A DNA stretch of 64,000 nucleotides from the NCBI GenBank assembly GCA_964270895.1, contig OZ185441.1; one strand, 5' to 3'. The position numbers and the translations under genes were made by a program. The DNA is from Podarcis filfolensis. Taxonomy: Eukaryota. The notes under the pieces are model-generated. The model saw nothing but the letters and a program-made list of their open reading frames with translations, searched no databases and had not been told where the DNA came from. Shown piece by piece: positions 1 to 12,724 of this stretch (position 1 is the stretch's first letter; the number at the start of each line of letters is the position of its first letter).

Positions 1-1781
1 TTTTAAAAATCTATTTTAAGACACTGTTTGGGCTGAAGGGATAGACCACTATGAAGCAGAAAAATAAAATTGCTCCTCCAGCCCTTCTTCATCTTGTCTT
101 CTTCTTTTCTTTTTTTTTAAGTGAGCCTGCTGTGTTTATTTTATTATTAGAAATTATGCAGCAAGTTTCTGCTTTTGGAAAATTAGCAGCTTCCACGCTT
201 TAGATCTGAAACATTTGCCAAATTTTGTTAAATTCCTAAAATAGGACCTGCTTAATTATTATGTTTTAGTTTAGGAGTATGCACTTAATTGAAAACCAAA
301 TAATTTAGGTGGGGTAAGATTAACCTTAACAATGAGCTTCTGTTAGTTGGATTTGATTTCATAAGCTTTCCAGTCTATATCTGCCTTTTCCTTCTTCTTA
401 GAGCTAATGTTGTGTCACTGATGAATTCTATGGGCATGAGTAGGAATGGCAATTTTGGATTAATTATCCTTGAGACTGCAGGCAATTTTTGACAAACACT
501 TCAAAATCAGGCTTATCCTTGGCAGATGGTCTTCTTTAAAACGTGTTTGGTATGGTGGGGGAGAGTTCTGTGTTCTGGAGAACATGGCAGGCTGCCAAAA
601 TAATTCTCTGCTGGAAAAGGAAGGGCAAAGTGGCTGGGCAATTATTGATAAGAATATGAGGGTGAGGGTGAAGGTCAGAGCTAGGTTTCACCCAAAGTAG
701 TATCATGCAGCAAACCACTCTACAGTAGAATCCAGCCTGTTACCATTTCAAATGCTCATATGAAAGTTTCAAGCGACAGGTCAATGCTTTTTGGTGTTCT
801 TTAGCCACTACAATTGCAACTTCACAGATTAGCTGTGCGCTTTGACAATGAATTTTTTCGGTTTCTACATTTGTTCCATCAGCATCAATTTAGACACATT
901 AATACTGATATGTATTTATTAGCTTATCAGAAGAAATGGAATAGAAATTCTGTGCTCAGAAATCACCAACTTTTCCCAGAGTGCAGTACCAGTGTCTCTA
1001 TCACAAGTTGTAATGTAATGTAAGAATGAGAATGGCTTCAGATCAAGAATCTGTATTTTCTGAACATTAGTATGATCCATGAGAAATGGAAAGGCATTAG
1101 TTTTACTAGGAATTGCTCTTGTATTTTTTAAAAATGAAGACATTCCATTGTATCCCATAGCCTGGGAAGGTGAGACTGTGAATGTAGAAGACTAAGTAAA
1201 AATATAGGAAAACATCTACAGATTAATATTTCAATCAGTACCATAGGTGCCGACTCCTAGGGACCAAGGCAGTTTTGACCCCCAAATTATTGGTGTTTCA
1301 ATTCCAAATTATTGGTGATAAATTTTGAAAGGAGAGACCAGCCTACATCTACAGACTTTCTGTTGAGTCTGTTGATACCTGATGAGATCTGTGTGGCATG
1401 ATGTTGGAAATCCCCTGAAAAATCCTTAAGGAATAATAACCCAGGAAAATGGTGCCTGTGAAATAGTGATTACACTCATACTGAGTCAGTAGATAAGGAA
1501 GGCAGAAGTTAAACCTAGGAAGAAGTAGGTTTTTTTAGTGTGTCACAATTTTCTTGCATACATAGACAAGCCAACAGACTATAGATTTCCCCCAAATACT
1601 GTGGTATGTTCCTTTATTACTGATTACTTTCAAATTGTAACGTTTTGCTGTTGATACAGTTATATAATGTTATGATTTGGTTTGTTGATTTTTATATCAC
1701 AACGAAAAATAGTTAGCACACACCAGGGTGTACACAACCCACATCAAACCATTGCTGGCCTGTTTCCATATTGTACTATGC

Positions 1782-1902
1782 CAGGTGTGCAGTACCTGTA
1801 GTCTTCCAACTCCCATCAGCCCTAGCTAGCATAGCCAGTGATCCAGGGTGATGCGAAATGGAAGCCTAGGACATCCAGAGGGCCACAGCTTGGCCACTTC
1901 TG
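1782..1902. mobile_element. Decayed short palindromic MITE (hAT-like, squamate-type)
   Basis: cagg...caactcccatcagccct...agggtgatg...acatccagagggccacagcttggccacttctg has internal dyad symmetry and resembles a common lizard MITE (recalled). No TSD recovered. Confidence 0.5.
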
Positions 1903-2510
1903 CACTAAATCATAGTTGAACTTCCTTTACATTGTTTGCTGTGATGTCTGAATTGAACTAATGTTTTTGATATAAAAACAGGCTGGGTAAAGCGGAGATT
2001 CTTTAGAAGTTTGTATTTGTGCTTGGATGAATAATAGACTTTCCCTGTTATTTAACGCCCTGATGGTAGAGCGGTAAAGACAGTTATTCCTGTTGTTGCT
2101 AATTTACTGTTGCAGCTGCTTCCTCTTTATACGATTTAATTTTCAGCCCACCAGGGGGCTAATGATCCCCACCTATGCAGATTTCAGAGAAAGCTGTTCT
2201 TTTCCATGTGAATATTGTTTTCATTCCTATTCATGGTGACTATTTCTTTACACTCATCTGGCACCAGCAAGGCAGCATTCCAGAAACCCTCTTCACAGGT
2301 CAAAAATGTGGAACCATTTGACTGGGAAATTTATAATGAAGATTACTCTTCATTTTTAAAGCCTGCACATTGTTTTGATGAACACTTGCAACTGGAAAAT
2401 AGTAGTTAATGTCCTGTTTATGTGATTTGCTTTATGAAATATTTTCGTATTGTTTGTTTAACTGGTTTTGATGTATGTGCTTCCTCTCATATAGTTTATG
2501 TGACAACATT

Positions 2511-2557
2511 ATTGATTAAAATGGAAAGTGAGATTTTCCATTGATTAAAATGGAAAG
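2511..2557 (+). repeat. Local tandem duplication (18-bp repeat, 29-bp period)
   Basis: attgattaaaatggaaag at 2511-2528 and 2540-2557. Confidence 0.8.
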
Positions 2558-3846
2558 AGGGAAAGCATATGGACTGACATCATGCCAGAGTTTGGACAGT
2601 CTTTCCTATCTTTCCTATAGTTTATGAAGCCAGGAACAAGTGCCAGCATTTTCCCAGCTCAGCTGGGCTATGCTGGTATAAGCCCCCAGCTCTAGCTCAG
2701 CCAGAGAGACACTGGTGTAACTCAGTCATCCCGCTCAGTTGAGACTGGCAGAACTGACACTGGCATAAGCCCTGAAAAATTAGCATAGTGGGGCAGGACT
2801 TAACGCTGGATCCTAACTCCAATCAGCTCCGTCATGTAACCTAGCAACATGGCAGAATGCATTGTGGCAAAAAGGGTGAAGTCAAATTCTATTTTAAAGG
2901 CTTGTCTTCCATCTGCCAGGCTTAGGATGGCTCAGCCAACAGTAGACTTGCTCCTGGACAGAGTTCGGATATGGCATACTTTATGCCGGTTTAATTTAAG
3001 ATGGTGTAAATTATTCTGGCTTCCCATATTTAGGATTTCTTCTTAAATAACATGGTGACCTCAATGGGGGCCTTTTTTCCACCGCTCATTCTACGTGGTG
3101 GTTTACAGAGTTTTATAACTAAAATAAGCTTGCAGTCTAACAGTCATTTCTTGTAAGGGAAGATGTAATTAACTTATGTTCAAGAATCATATTCTTTTAA
3201 GCTACAAGTAAAATAATATGATTTCCTGCAACCTCAGTCATACATGAGCTGCTTGAAGAAGCATTTTCTTGAGGTGAATATTTCTCCATATCACACTGAC
3301 TGGTTGTTGTTGTTTTTAAATAGTCAAGTTTAATATAGCCTTGTAAATACCTTGTAACAGTTGCTTCCCTATAAGGGATGATCAGTATAGTCAGCAGTTT
3401 GGCCTGTTTGAGACTTAGCTACTTTGCCTTTTACAGGCTGTTAACTAGGCAGTAAGTCAGCTAACTGTTAGCAGTTTGACCAGCACTATATAGTACTTGC
3501 TCATGGATTAATAAGCCAGAAAGTCTTAGTGATGGAAGTGCAATCTTACTCCTGTCTGAGTTGCATTAAAAAGGCGTCTCACATTAGTCACTGGCTGTGA
3601 ATGTTAATCACTCCAAAGCAATAATTTACAGCATTGTTGTAGCACTCTGATGCTCATAAAATGAACTCAGTAATCCACTACTACCCAAGGGATATACCTC
3701 TCTTTCTTTGCAATTGAATAACCAGACTGGCGGCATAATAGTTTAGTTTATGAAATAGTGCATTAAAAAGAGTGAGCAGCTGTATGTTAAAATAACAAGC
3801 TCAAAAGCAGATTTGTTAATTATCTTGCTCTTTCTCTTATTGACAG

Positions 3847-4013
3847 AAGGGGTATGCGAGATATGGCTGACCAGTGAAGACACAGGGGCTTATGGAAGAG
3901 ACATTGGCACAGACCTCCCTACTCTCCTATGGAAGCTGGTTGAAGTAATCCCTGAAGGAGCAATGCTAAGACTTGGCATGACGAACCCTCCCTATATTTT
4001 AGAGCATCTGGAG
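3847..4013 (+). CDS. CDKAL1: CDKAL1 internal coding exon (167 nt), radical SAM domain
   Basis: Acceptor ttattgacAG ends at 3846 and donor GTAACT starts at 4014. Encodes (E)[55 protein letters not shown]. Phase 1 in, phase 0 out. Confidence 0.97.
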
Positions 4014-5087
4014 GTAACTTTCAAAAGGGGAATCACTGTGGTGACTGAACAAGCTGATTTTGCACCCTGTGTGAAATAAAGTCTTACAGCGACAAGTATT
4101 ATCTGTAGCCAAAACTGGGATTATGTCATGACCAAATTTACTTCATTAAACCCAAGGCAGGATAACATCAGGAGTCAATTTGTCTAGTGTAAATGCACAG
4201 AAATTAAACTGCAAATGTGCAACTTTTAAATATGGACCCCTATGGAAGTAGCCGTTCACCAGCAAATTATCAAGCAATATATACTACAAGAAAGATAAAA
4301 TACATTTCGTAATCAAACTTTGACTCACACACTCCTTGCTTTGCAGAGGTAGCATTCTTGCTGTGTACAAGCAGATCAAAGCTATCTCTCCCATATGTTT
4401 TTAAAAAGAATTAGACCTAAGCACCCAGGATTAGATTCCTTGGTTAAGATCTATACTCTGCAGTTCTGAATAGTCTACAGTTATTGTGAACTATTTATTG
4501 GGATTTAAAAGACATGTAGTAACCAGCGCTAATGTTGACTTTGAATGAGTTATCATAAGCAAGAACATACCTTAGAATATTTTGCTTTTTCTTTATCTAT
4601 GCTATGTTAACTCCCCCCCCCAAAAAAAATAATAATTACTAAGGGTTTTTCTGTGGGTGTGAGATGCTTGGAGGTGCTTATCAGAATTAGTTAGCATAAT
4701 TTAATTCTGTGTCATACAGTAGCAGCACCATATGTGGACTTTAGCCCTTTGTTCTTGAACCTTTAGATCTCAAGCAATATTTTTTAAAGGTTTAAGAGGC
4801 TTTCTTAGCACTTTTATAAATATAGTGAAATATTTGGTTTGGTGTTCGTACAAATAATGCTGTATTTATTTTATTTTTACTATTTTGGAATCTCTCTACT
4901 GGCTTTAACCAAGCAGTCACAGGACAGCTTGCAAATTTAAAATGCCTTAAATACATATTATAAAACATAATTAAAACAGCAAACTACAAAAACAATAAAA
5001 TAATGAAAACAGAGAGAGAAATAAAAGTGGGGTGGCGTACAAAATGTCTCCTTGATTTTTTAACATATTGCCAATAGTCCAAACAGC

Positions 5088-5123
<36 letters not shown>
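5088..5123. repeat. (ATTG)9 microsatellite
   Basis: Counted directly. Confidence 0.95.
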
Positions 5124-5125
<2 letters not shown>

Positions 5126-5558
5126 ACATAGCTCATAGCCAAAGAGACTGGCCATTTCTAAAGCCATTATCAAGACAGGTCAGTGGGGTGCTGGCCTGAA
5201 CTTTAGTCACCTGCATCACTGCTGCATATCAGTACATAGGGCGGGATCAGCAAAGCAGAAGAGCTAATCCAGCACTCCCATAATGCATTTGCTTCACACT
5301 GCCATCTTGCTCCCTTCCATCCCAGTATGCCACAGAAACCTGGGCAACTGGAGGTCAGGTGAGAGCTCCCACCCCACCATCCCATACTGTTTAAGTTTAA
5401 CTGCAGATTATCTCTCTTTCTGGTAAGAGCTGAAGGATTTTTTTGATTTTTTTTAGCTTGAGAAATCTGGCTGCAGCACTCTGATCTTTTGACTTCTGCT
5501 TCTGGCAGTAGGATCATCTTAAACCTACCATCAATAATAATAAGTTTATGGTTTGATT

Positions 5559-5624
5559 CAGTGGTCAGGGGGATTGGAGTTGTCATCTAACAGCATCTAG
5601 ATGGTCACAGGTTCACCATGGCTG
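5559..5624. mobile_element. Half copy of the same palindromic MITE family as 1782-1902
   Basis: cagtggtcagggggattggagttgtcatctaacagcatctagatggtcacaggttcaccatggctg resembles the right arm of that family. Confidence 0.4.
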
Positions 5625-6400
5625 CCAAACAGCACATTATTATGTTTATTTCAAGCACCATGCAGGTTTGATCAGAGAATTTGTGTAAAATCTTCCAAAT
5701 ATTTATGATAATTCTACCACATCATTTCGGGGTTGTTGTTTCTAACTGCCATGTGATTTAGTCTGTCTATTTCCTTCCAGTCTGGGGAGTAGTGCTTGCA
5801 AGTTGAGCTAGTGATCACAGATGCCTTCCCCATCTGGCCTTTAGGACCAGTTGAAATTATAAATTCTTCAGCAGTGTGCGTTGTGTACAGGATTAGAGGG
5901 AGGGAGAGTTGGAGCGGTGGTGACTACTTCTGAAATCGTCTTTCTTAACCAGAGCAACCTTTGCTTTTGTTTCAAGTAGTGGTGATAAGAAAGAGGTGCC
6001 TGGGTGATGATAAATATATAAAGCAATGGAGTGAATTCTTGACATTAATTGCATGCCGTGATGATAGGGTCCAAAATAACTAATAGCAGACTTCTGGCTT
6101 GGATGGGAAGTTATAACAGTTTGCCTTCATAGATGATTATCTCAAAATTATTTTAGAATTCTTTTGTCTATCAGATTATGAACAGAATTTGTACACTAGT
6201 ATGTTTTTATGAAATAACATTGTCAAAGGAGCTCATACTTTCACAGAATTTTGTGTCGCAAGTGGGTTAAGGGCAACTTCAATAACGGTTTTCTTCAGAG
6301 AAAACCTGTGTCACAAGCATGTGCCCACCCCTTTTCATGAGGAAAATGTAAACTAGAAGTGGGCTGTATGGGTTTTGTGTCAATGCAGTACATCTTGATA

Positions 6401-6632
6401 CAGTCAAAGCTTTGTTGTCGAACGGCTCCGTTGTCAAACGTTTCGGCTCCAAAACACCGAAGTAAATGCTCTGGTTTTTGAACGTTTTTCGGAAGCCGAA
6501 CATCCAACGTGGCTTACACTTGAGTGCAAGAAGCTCTTGCAACCAATCAGAAGCCACGCCTCGGTTGCTGAATGTTTCGGAAGCTGAGGGGGCTTCTGGA
6601 ACAGATTACGTTTGACAGCTGAGGTTTGACTG
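6401..6632. mobile_element. Tc1/mariner (Tigger-like) MITE, 232 bp, TA target-site duplication
   Basis: TA at 6399-6400 and 6633-6634. TIR cagtcaaagctttgttgtcgaacg versus the reverse complement of the right end cagtcaaacctcagctgtcaaacg (19/24). Relatively CpG-rich, non-coding. Confidence 0.85.
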
Positions 6633-9600
6633 TAAAAGCCTCCCCTATACAGCCTGGTTTAGTTGTTGTTTTGTCCCCATAGTGGAAAAAACTAAATATT
6701 GTATGTATCATGTGTCAAGTTTCCTTTCCGGAAAGCAACACGTGAACAGGATCTTACTTCTTTGTCATGCATATTTTGAATTCATCTACTTCTTTAAAGT
6801 CATCTACTTCTAGATGACACTGTACTTCTGGGGGTAAATATTGCATTTCACAGTTTGCTTCCGACAGCACACAGAGAGATAATGTCAGTTCATTCTTCAG
6901 TTCTTGCCAATGAGGAATTTGAATAGGAAACTCCCTGTATTTTTAAAGTTTAGTTCCTTCTGTTTTGCTTTGAACTCCAATATGGAGACAAACTTGCTCA
7001 GAACAAGTAATCTGCCTGGAATTGCCCCAAACAGTTTTCTTCGGAATTAAAGCTACCAGGAACTGAGTTTGTTGTATCAAAGAGAACCTGTAGACTACAT
7101 AGCTTGAGCTTTTACTGAGTTAGTGTTCAGTTTGCATAGCATTTTGCTAATTCATTTACAGAAGGCTGAGCATGTTTACAAAGTTCAGAAAACGTGATTT
7201 AGAGCACTTTGATTTTACCAGAGAAGCCCCTTTAGGACAAAGTAAGCCCTGCAGAACCTGAGGTGTTACATCAAAGCAAAATGCTTTTCAAGACTTCGAA
7301 TTCTTTGCGAAGTATTCAAGATGAGCTTTCCTATATCTGAGCTGTTAAATAGCTCAGTCTAAGGTCTTGCAAGAAATCCTCAAGGCAAAGCTTAGCTCAG
7401 ATTGCAGGATACAGTAGGCAGCTTATTCCTATTGTATAGCCACAATATGGAGTATTTTAAATTTGTTCTTTTTAGCATGATTTAGTTTTATGAACTGAAG
7501 AAAAGTCAGCACGGTTTTCATGGCTTTACATTTCATCCAGGTCAGTTAATGGACATATGGTACTTGAAGACAGGGCTAGAACCTAAATTTCTTGGGCCTA
7601 CTAAATAAAAGCTTTGTTCTCTAAAAGTTGCCTGCAGCTTCCTTGGTAAGAATGCTTCCACAGCTCTTGTTAACATGCATCTCCATCGTTTCCTGTTGCT
7701 TCACACCAATACTTGCCACTCACAATCATTCAAGAACAGCTGGTGCACTTCATTTGTTCTTAGAAATGATCTTGAGAGATCTCATTGATGGCCAACATTG
7801 GTGAAAGCCAAGGCTGTTAGAACCAGCAATGGAGAATGGACAGGGAGCAACATTTAGAAAAACTAAAGTGGCAATTTAAAAATAAATAAATTGGTATCCA
7901 CTGTGTTGCTTTTGCCTTCCTTCCACCTTGATTGTCTGCAGCTTTCTGACTTGATGAGCAGTATAATAAGTTCTTCTGGAGCACTGCAGTGACATCATCT
8001 CCATCAGGAGCTGGAGCAGGGTTTTTCCAGCTGAGAGATGAGAGTAGTTACAGAGAAATCATCTCCACTAATCTGCAGATCAGAGGGCTCTTTCCACTGA
8101 GCTGTGGGAGAGACCATGTGGAGATTGTCTCCCTTCATTATATAGAGGCTACATTGTCAGGATCAGAATTAGTGAGCCAAAGAGTGCCAGAATTTGAACA
8201 CTGGGCTTGTATATGAGTTTCTTCTATGGTTGTTTTTTTTCCTGAGTTGAAATTTTGGATATTCTGCGGTATGTATGCTTGTGTGGTAAACACTTTTAAG
8301 GCCCATGTTTGTCAGTGTAAGTAGCAAGTAAACTGAAGCAGTGAAATTATGCCGTTGAGAAATCTGGCTCTAAATGCTGCTTGCTTTGCTGTTGCTTCAG
8401 AAATCAGTTGACATGAGCCTTTTTAAACATTTTCACAATTTCCCTGTCTGTACTGCACCTTGTGTTTGAGTGTGAAGGTATATAGGTAAATTTAAAGGCC
8501 GCTCACATCTGCTAGTGCCATTTAAATGCTTAATTTCACAAGATGAGATGAGATGCATAGCCTTCCATGTTACCTGTCAAACTGAGTCTAGTTCGAACCC
8601 CACCATATGCCATCTGTGGATTTTATCATCATTATTAATTCAGGATGTTTCAGTGATACACCAGCCGTAGAGTCGAGTGCTGTATGGTGCTTTCCACCTC
8701 CCCTTCCTTTGAATGCCCACAAAATGCCAATGGTACAGCAAGTTACAATAGCATTTCTTTGCTCTTTCACTTCTCCAGACATGCTCTGACACAACACTTA
8801 AAAATGTATTGTTGTACAACCACTAATTTTCTCCTCTCTCTCTCTCTCCCCCCTTATAACACAATAAATACCTCAATATTCTACACTGTGAAGTTGTTTA
8901 GAAGATGTGAAATGTATTTAGCGAGTGATAGAAATATATTTCCCAGTGTTAACAGAATTTGCCACCTTTGAGAAATGTGTTGAGTTGATTTCATCACAAT
9001 TGTATTATTTCTGTGCTATCAGTTAACCATTCCTTAGTGTTGTTTAGCAAGCCCTATAGTCTTTCCTGATTTTCATCTTAGCCATGTTCATGAAGCTACC
9101 ATGTTTGGAAATACCCCAAAACACAGCCCTTTCTAGACAGTACCATTTAAGGTAACAAGTGGGGGAACTCCATGCTTGAATTCGCCCTCATAAAAAACAA
9201 AACCTTGCTTCCCTTGGATAATTCACATGACAGTAGAGCTGAAATCTTACCTGAGACATGCTACTTTCCTACATGCAGAGAGGCAGGCCTTGATGGAGTC
9301 TCACATCTTAACAAACACAATATTAAAGGAAAAGGGAGTGGGGTGGGAAAAGGGAAGCCAACAACAGAGCAGGTTCTCTTTTACTGACTGATGGATGGGA
9401 CCATAGTCCTATCATTCCACCTATTTCTTGGCCATTGTACCCAGTCCCTGTATTCTGTCATTTCACCCACTACCCCCATTCACTGTGGTGCCTTCCCCTT
9501 TCCATGCCATCTTGCACCCCTGCCAGTCCCAAAGATGCTGCTCCTCTGTATTCTCCCAGAGTCGCTTCATTTGATCTGTGACCAGCAATAGGATTTCTTT

Positions 9601-10087
9601 CCAAATGGAGGTTGCTGTTGCATCCGTTCTTTCCAATGGGAATTTCAGTATGTAAGAAAATTCTTATTAAATTTTTATGCAGTGCCAGCTTTACTGTTGC
9701 TGAAAGATCAAGGCATAGCGTGTATGCATGGCGGCTTAGTTGTAAGCGAACACATATCTAAGACTGTCAGCCTATTTACTGCTTTCATGGTGGGCAAGTT
9801 AAGGGTGGTGCTGTAATTTACAATTCCCATGCCTTTTGGAGCAGAAGTGAATTTGTAGGTTCTTTGAACTCTCTTCTTAGATTTCAAGGTGGTTGTTTTT
9901 ATCATACAATAGTTTAGCATGGTACAGATTCAGGTTTTGCATGAGCAGAATTCTGCTTGTACAGCGGACAGGGGGTGGGGTCCTCTCCCCTCTTCCCTGT
10001 TACAGCTCCCAGCAACCCCTGAGAGTTAGGGAACCCTCCAGCACAATGTGAGGTGTGGTACTGATGGTGGTGGGGAATGAACAGCAG

Positions 10088-10235
10088 TAGAACCATAGAA
10101 CTGTAGAGTTGGAAGGGACCACGAGTGTCATCTAGTCCAACCTTGTGCAATGCAGGAGTCTTTTGCCCAGCGTAGGTCTTGAACCCACGATCCTGAGTTT
10201 ATGAGTCTCATGCTCTACCAGCTAAACTGTCCCAG
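10088..10235 (-). mobile_element. tRNA-Lys-derived SINE with CR1-type 3' tail (POM/Squam2-like)
   Basis: Minus strand reads ...agctggtagagcatgagactcataaactcaggatcgtgggttcaagacctacgctgggc (close to tRNA-Lys(CUU) as recalled; B box GGTTCAAGACC), then ggttggactagatgac..ggtcccttccaactctacagttctatggttcta, a CR1-like tail. Confidence 0.8.
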
Positions 10236-10761
10236 TAGGGCTTAGGCAGTTTGCACAAGCAGAGTACCACATCCCATGCTATTCAAGAGAGTTCCTCAGT
10301 GCTCTGGTATAGCTTTGTGAGTGTGTAGTTGATTGTGAGAGAAGTGGGGCCAGAAAAGCCCTGCTGCATGAGTAGAGTCCCACTTATGCAACCCTGATTC
10401 AGCCCTAGCATTTCTTTCTGTCTTTTCAACTAAAATTGGATCCCAAAGCAGCCTACAGCAATTAAAATCCATCACAAATGTTCTCTTTAATTCCTATTAT
10501 TCCATGAGAGATAGTGGGGGGGATATTTGAATGCAGACTTTTCCACTCGTAAATCTTGTGCTCAGTGTCAAGTCCTCTGTCAGTCACTTATAAATGCCAT
10601 CTGCCTGTGGCAAATCTTTGGAGCTAAGGCTAATTTTGTTCATGGATTAGCAGCAGGAGGATGATCAACATTAATTGAGTCTGTAGATTTTTGGTAGCAA
10701 ATGTAAGTATCACTGAAAAATACAGTTTTACAAAGAATAAAATTATCTGCTTTTGCAAAGA

Positions 10762-10839
10762 GAAGAAGAAGAAGAAGAAGAAGAAGAAGAAGAAGAAGAA
10801 GAAGAAGAAGAGGAGGAGGAGGAGGAGGAGGAGGAGGAG
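10762..10839 (+). repeat. Compound (GAA)16(GAG)10 microsatellite
   Basis: Counted directly. Explains the spurious poly-E and poly-L/F ORFs. Confidence 0.95.
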
Positions 10840-12578
10840 CATATCTTTATAATTGCTATTAGCTCAGGACACCAGGGCCAAAAGATAATGCTATTAACAC
10901 AGAGCAAATGTATACCTTGCATAATTAACTGTCGACAGTTTTTCTTTTAATATTTGTATATTCATTAATAACCAAATGAGATATCAGTATATGAGGTATT
11001 TATATTCTGATGGCTAATTAAAGTCCTATCAGCCACCACCTCTGCTATTACAAATCTGTCATTTGACTTGAATGCATAAAATCTTTTGTGTTCTTTGACA
11101 GATGACCTGACACATTTTTCTGCTTTACGACATCATCTGAATAATCTGCAGTAATGCAATTTGATTCATTAGTATCAGGGTTTTGTTTTTGTTTTTTGAA
11201 TGCATATTTTGTATATAATTTTTAAATGAGAGAATGAGGGGGAAAAGAAGCTTAATAAGAACATATCCCAGAAAACATCACAAAATTATGCGGAAACGTG
11301 TTTCTATCTGTAGCTTTTTTGGCTTTTTACATTAAATTAAATTACTTGTGTAAGAACAAGATAGTAAATGTATCAGTTACTTTTGTTCGACTTAAGGATG
11401 CATCTACCGTGGTGATGTAAATACAAATGAGATTACATGGAAGGAGGAAGATTAATTTTTTTAGAGCAGTTAAACTTTCGGCAGCAAGGTTTTTTATGAT
11501 GTATCAATCCTAGCAAGTCGTATAGTAAAATAATACTACAATATTTGTGTATGGCGGTTCACTTGACACCTCCAGTCTCTGAAAAGACCAATAAAAATAA
11601 AATTGGGAACCCCCAGCTTTAGATGTTCATTCTGTGCCAGGTTTTATAACCTGCTTATTGTAATAAAGCTAGGACTAATTTTATGACGTAGGATATAGGT
11701 GAGAGGGAGAGGACTTTCACCACACTCATGGAAGCTGTTCTGCTCGCACAGTTGTGAGGATCCTGGTCATGATATATGTCATTCAAAACAAGTTATGTTA
11801 TGAGGTGGTGAAGAAATGCAAATAAGCAAATAATGCATGCTTGGACCTTGCCTCAGTTGGCTTACGGACTAACAGAAGCACTGAAATTTTGAGGTGTTAT
11901 CTGCTGTCTCACAGTATAATTTATAGAAGTACAAGAAAGACTAAGGAGGTAGAAAGGAGATTATTTCCAGGCATCAGGAAAAATAACTGAGTAGTAAAAA
12001 AATTTAAATTAAACCACCCAATTTAGTACAAGTTTGAAACTGGGATTTTTATTTTGCATTTTACAAAATACCCAGGACAAATCTAACCTCATATCAGCAG
12101 ACAGCAAGTCAAATTATGGCTCCAGTAAAATGAAGAGATATTCATGTTCTTTACCTAGGCCTCAATTTTGGTAAGGGAATATTGACAGCAGGAAATTGTG
12201 AAAACAGAAGAAGTAACAAAATTAGAGGAGGGCTAGTTCACACATGTGTATACTTAATGACTGTGTTATCAAGTGTTGACTTGTAGGGCGGGGGAATGGG
12301 CCTTTATAATGCAGCACCTCGAAACTTCCATATTCCTTTACTCCACCTCAGACATGATGCTTTTCAGTAAATTTGTTTCACGTATTCATTGGTGATCTAT
12401 TGCAGGTGCATGTGATTTCATCATAAATAAAATGTTGAGTACTCCAGTGCATCCTCACATGAATATGTGTTGTAATGCTGGTTAATAGTACGTTCTGTAA
12501 GCTGGTAATGAATGGAGGCAATGCTGTGCCTACCAGGATGTGGTAAAAATGTTATTGTTTTCATTTTTAATCTTCTAG

Positions 12579-12724
12579 GAAATGGCAAAAATTCTCAACC
12601 ATCCAAGAGTCTATGCATTTCTTCATGTACCAGTTCAAAGTGCCTCTGATAGCGTACTCATGGACATGAAGAGGGAATACTGTGTGGCGGACTTCAAAAG
12701 GGTAGTGGATTTCCTTAAAGAAAA
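12579..12724 (+). CDS. CDKAL1: CDKAL1 internal coding exon (146 nt)
   Basis: Acceptor tttttaatcttctAG ends at 12578 and donor GTAAGT starts at 12725. Encodes [48 protein letters not shown](K). Not in the ORF track because it is short; translated by hand. Confidence 0.97.

Noticed and set aside
1212-1355. 11-bp direct repeat acatctacaga around a hAT-like fragment containing ccaaattattggtg twice
   Set aside because: An 11-mer repeat at this spacing is expected by chance in 64 kb. It does not abut element termini and no right TIR is seen.
10161-10235. tRNA-Lys-like sequence inside a tRNA-Lys-modifying gene
   Set aside because: It is a SINE head with a CR1-type tail and a mutated anticodon region. 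It resembles tRNA-Lys(CUU), whereas CDKAL1 acts on tRNA-Lys(UUU). The family is abundant, so this is coincidence and not a tRNA gene.
10630-10950. Poly-E and poly-L/F ORFs
   Set aside because: Translations of the (GAA)(GAG) microsatellite. The same applies to the poly-S ORF at 44374-44613 and the IYIY ORF at 47574-47888.
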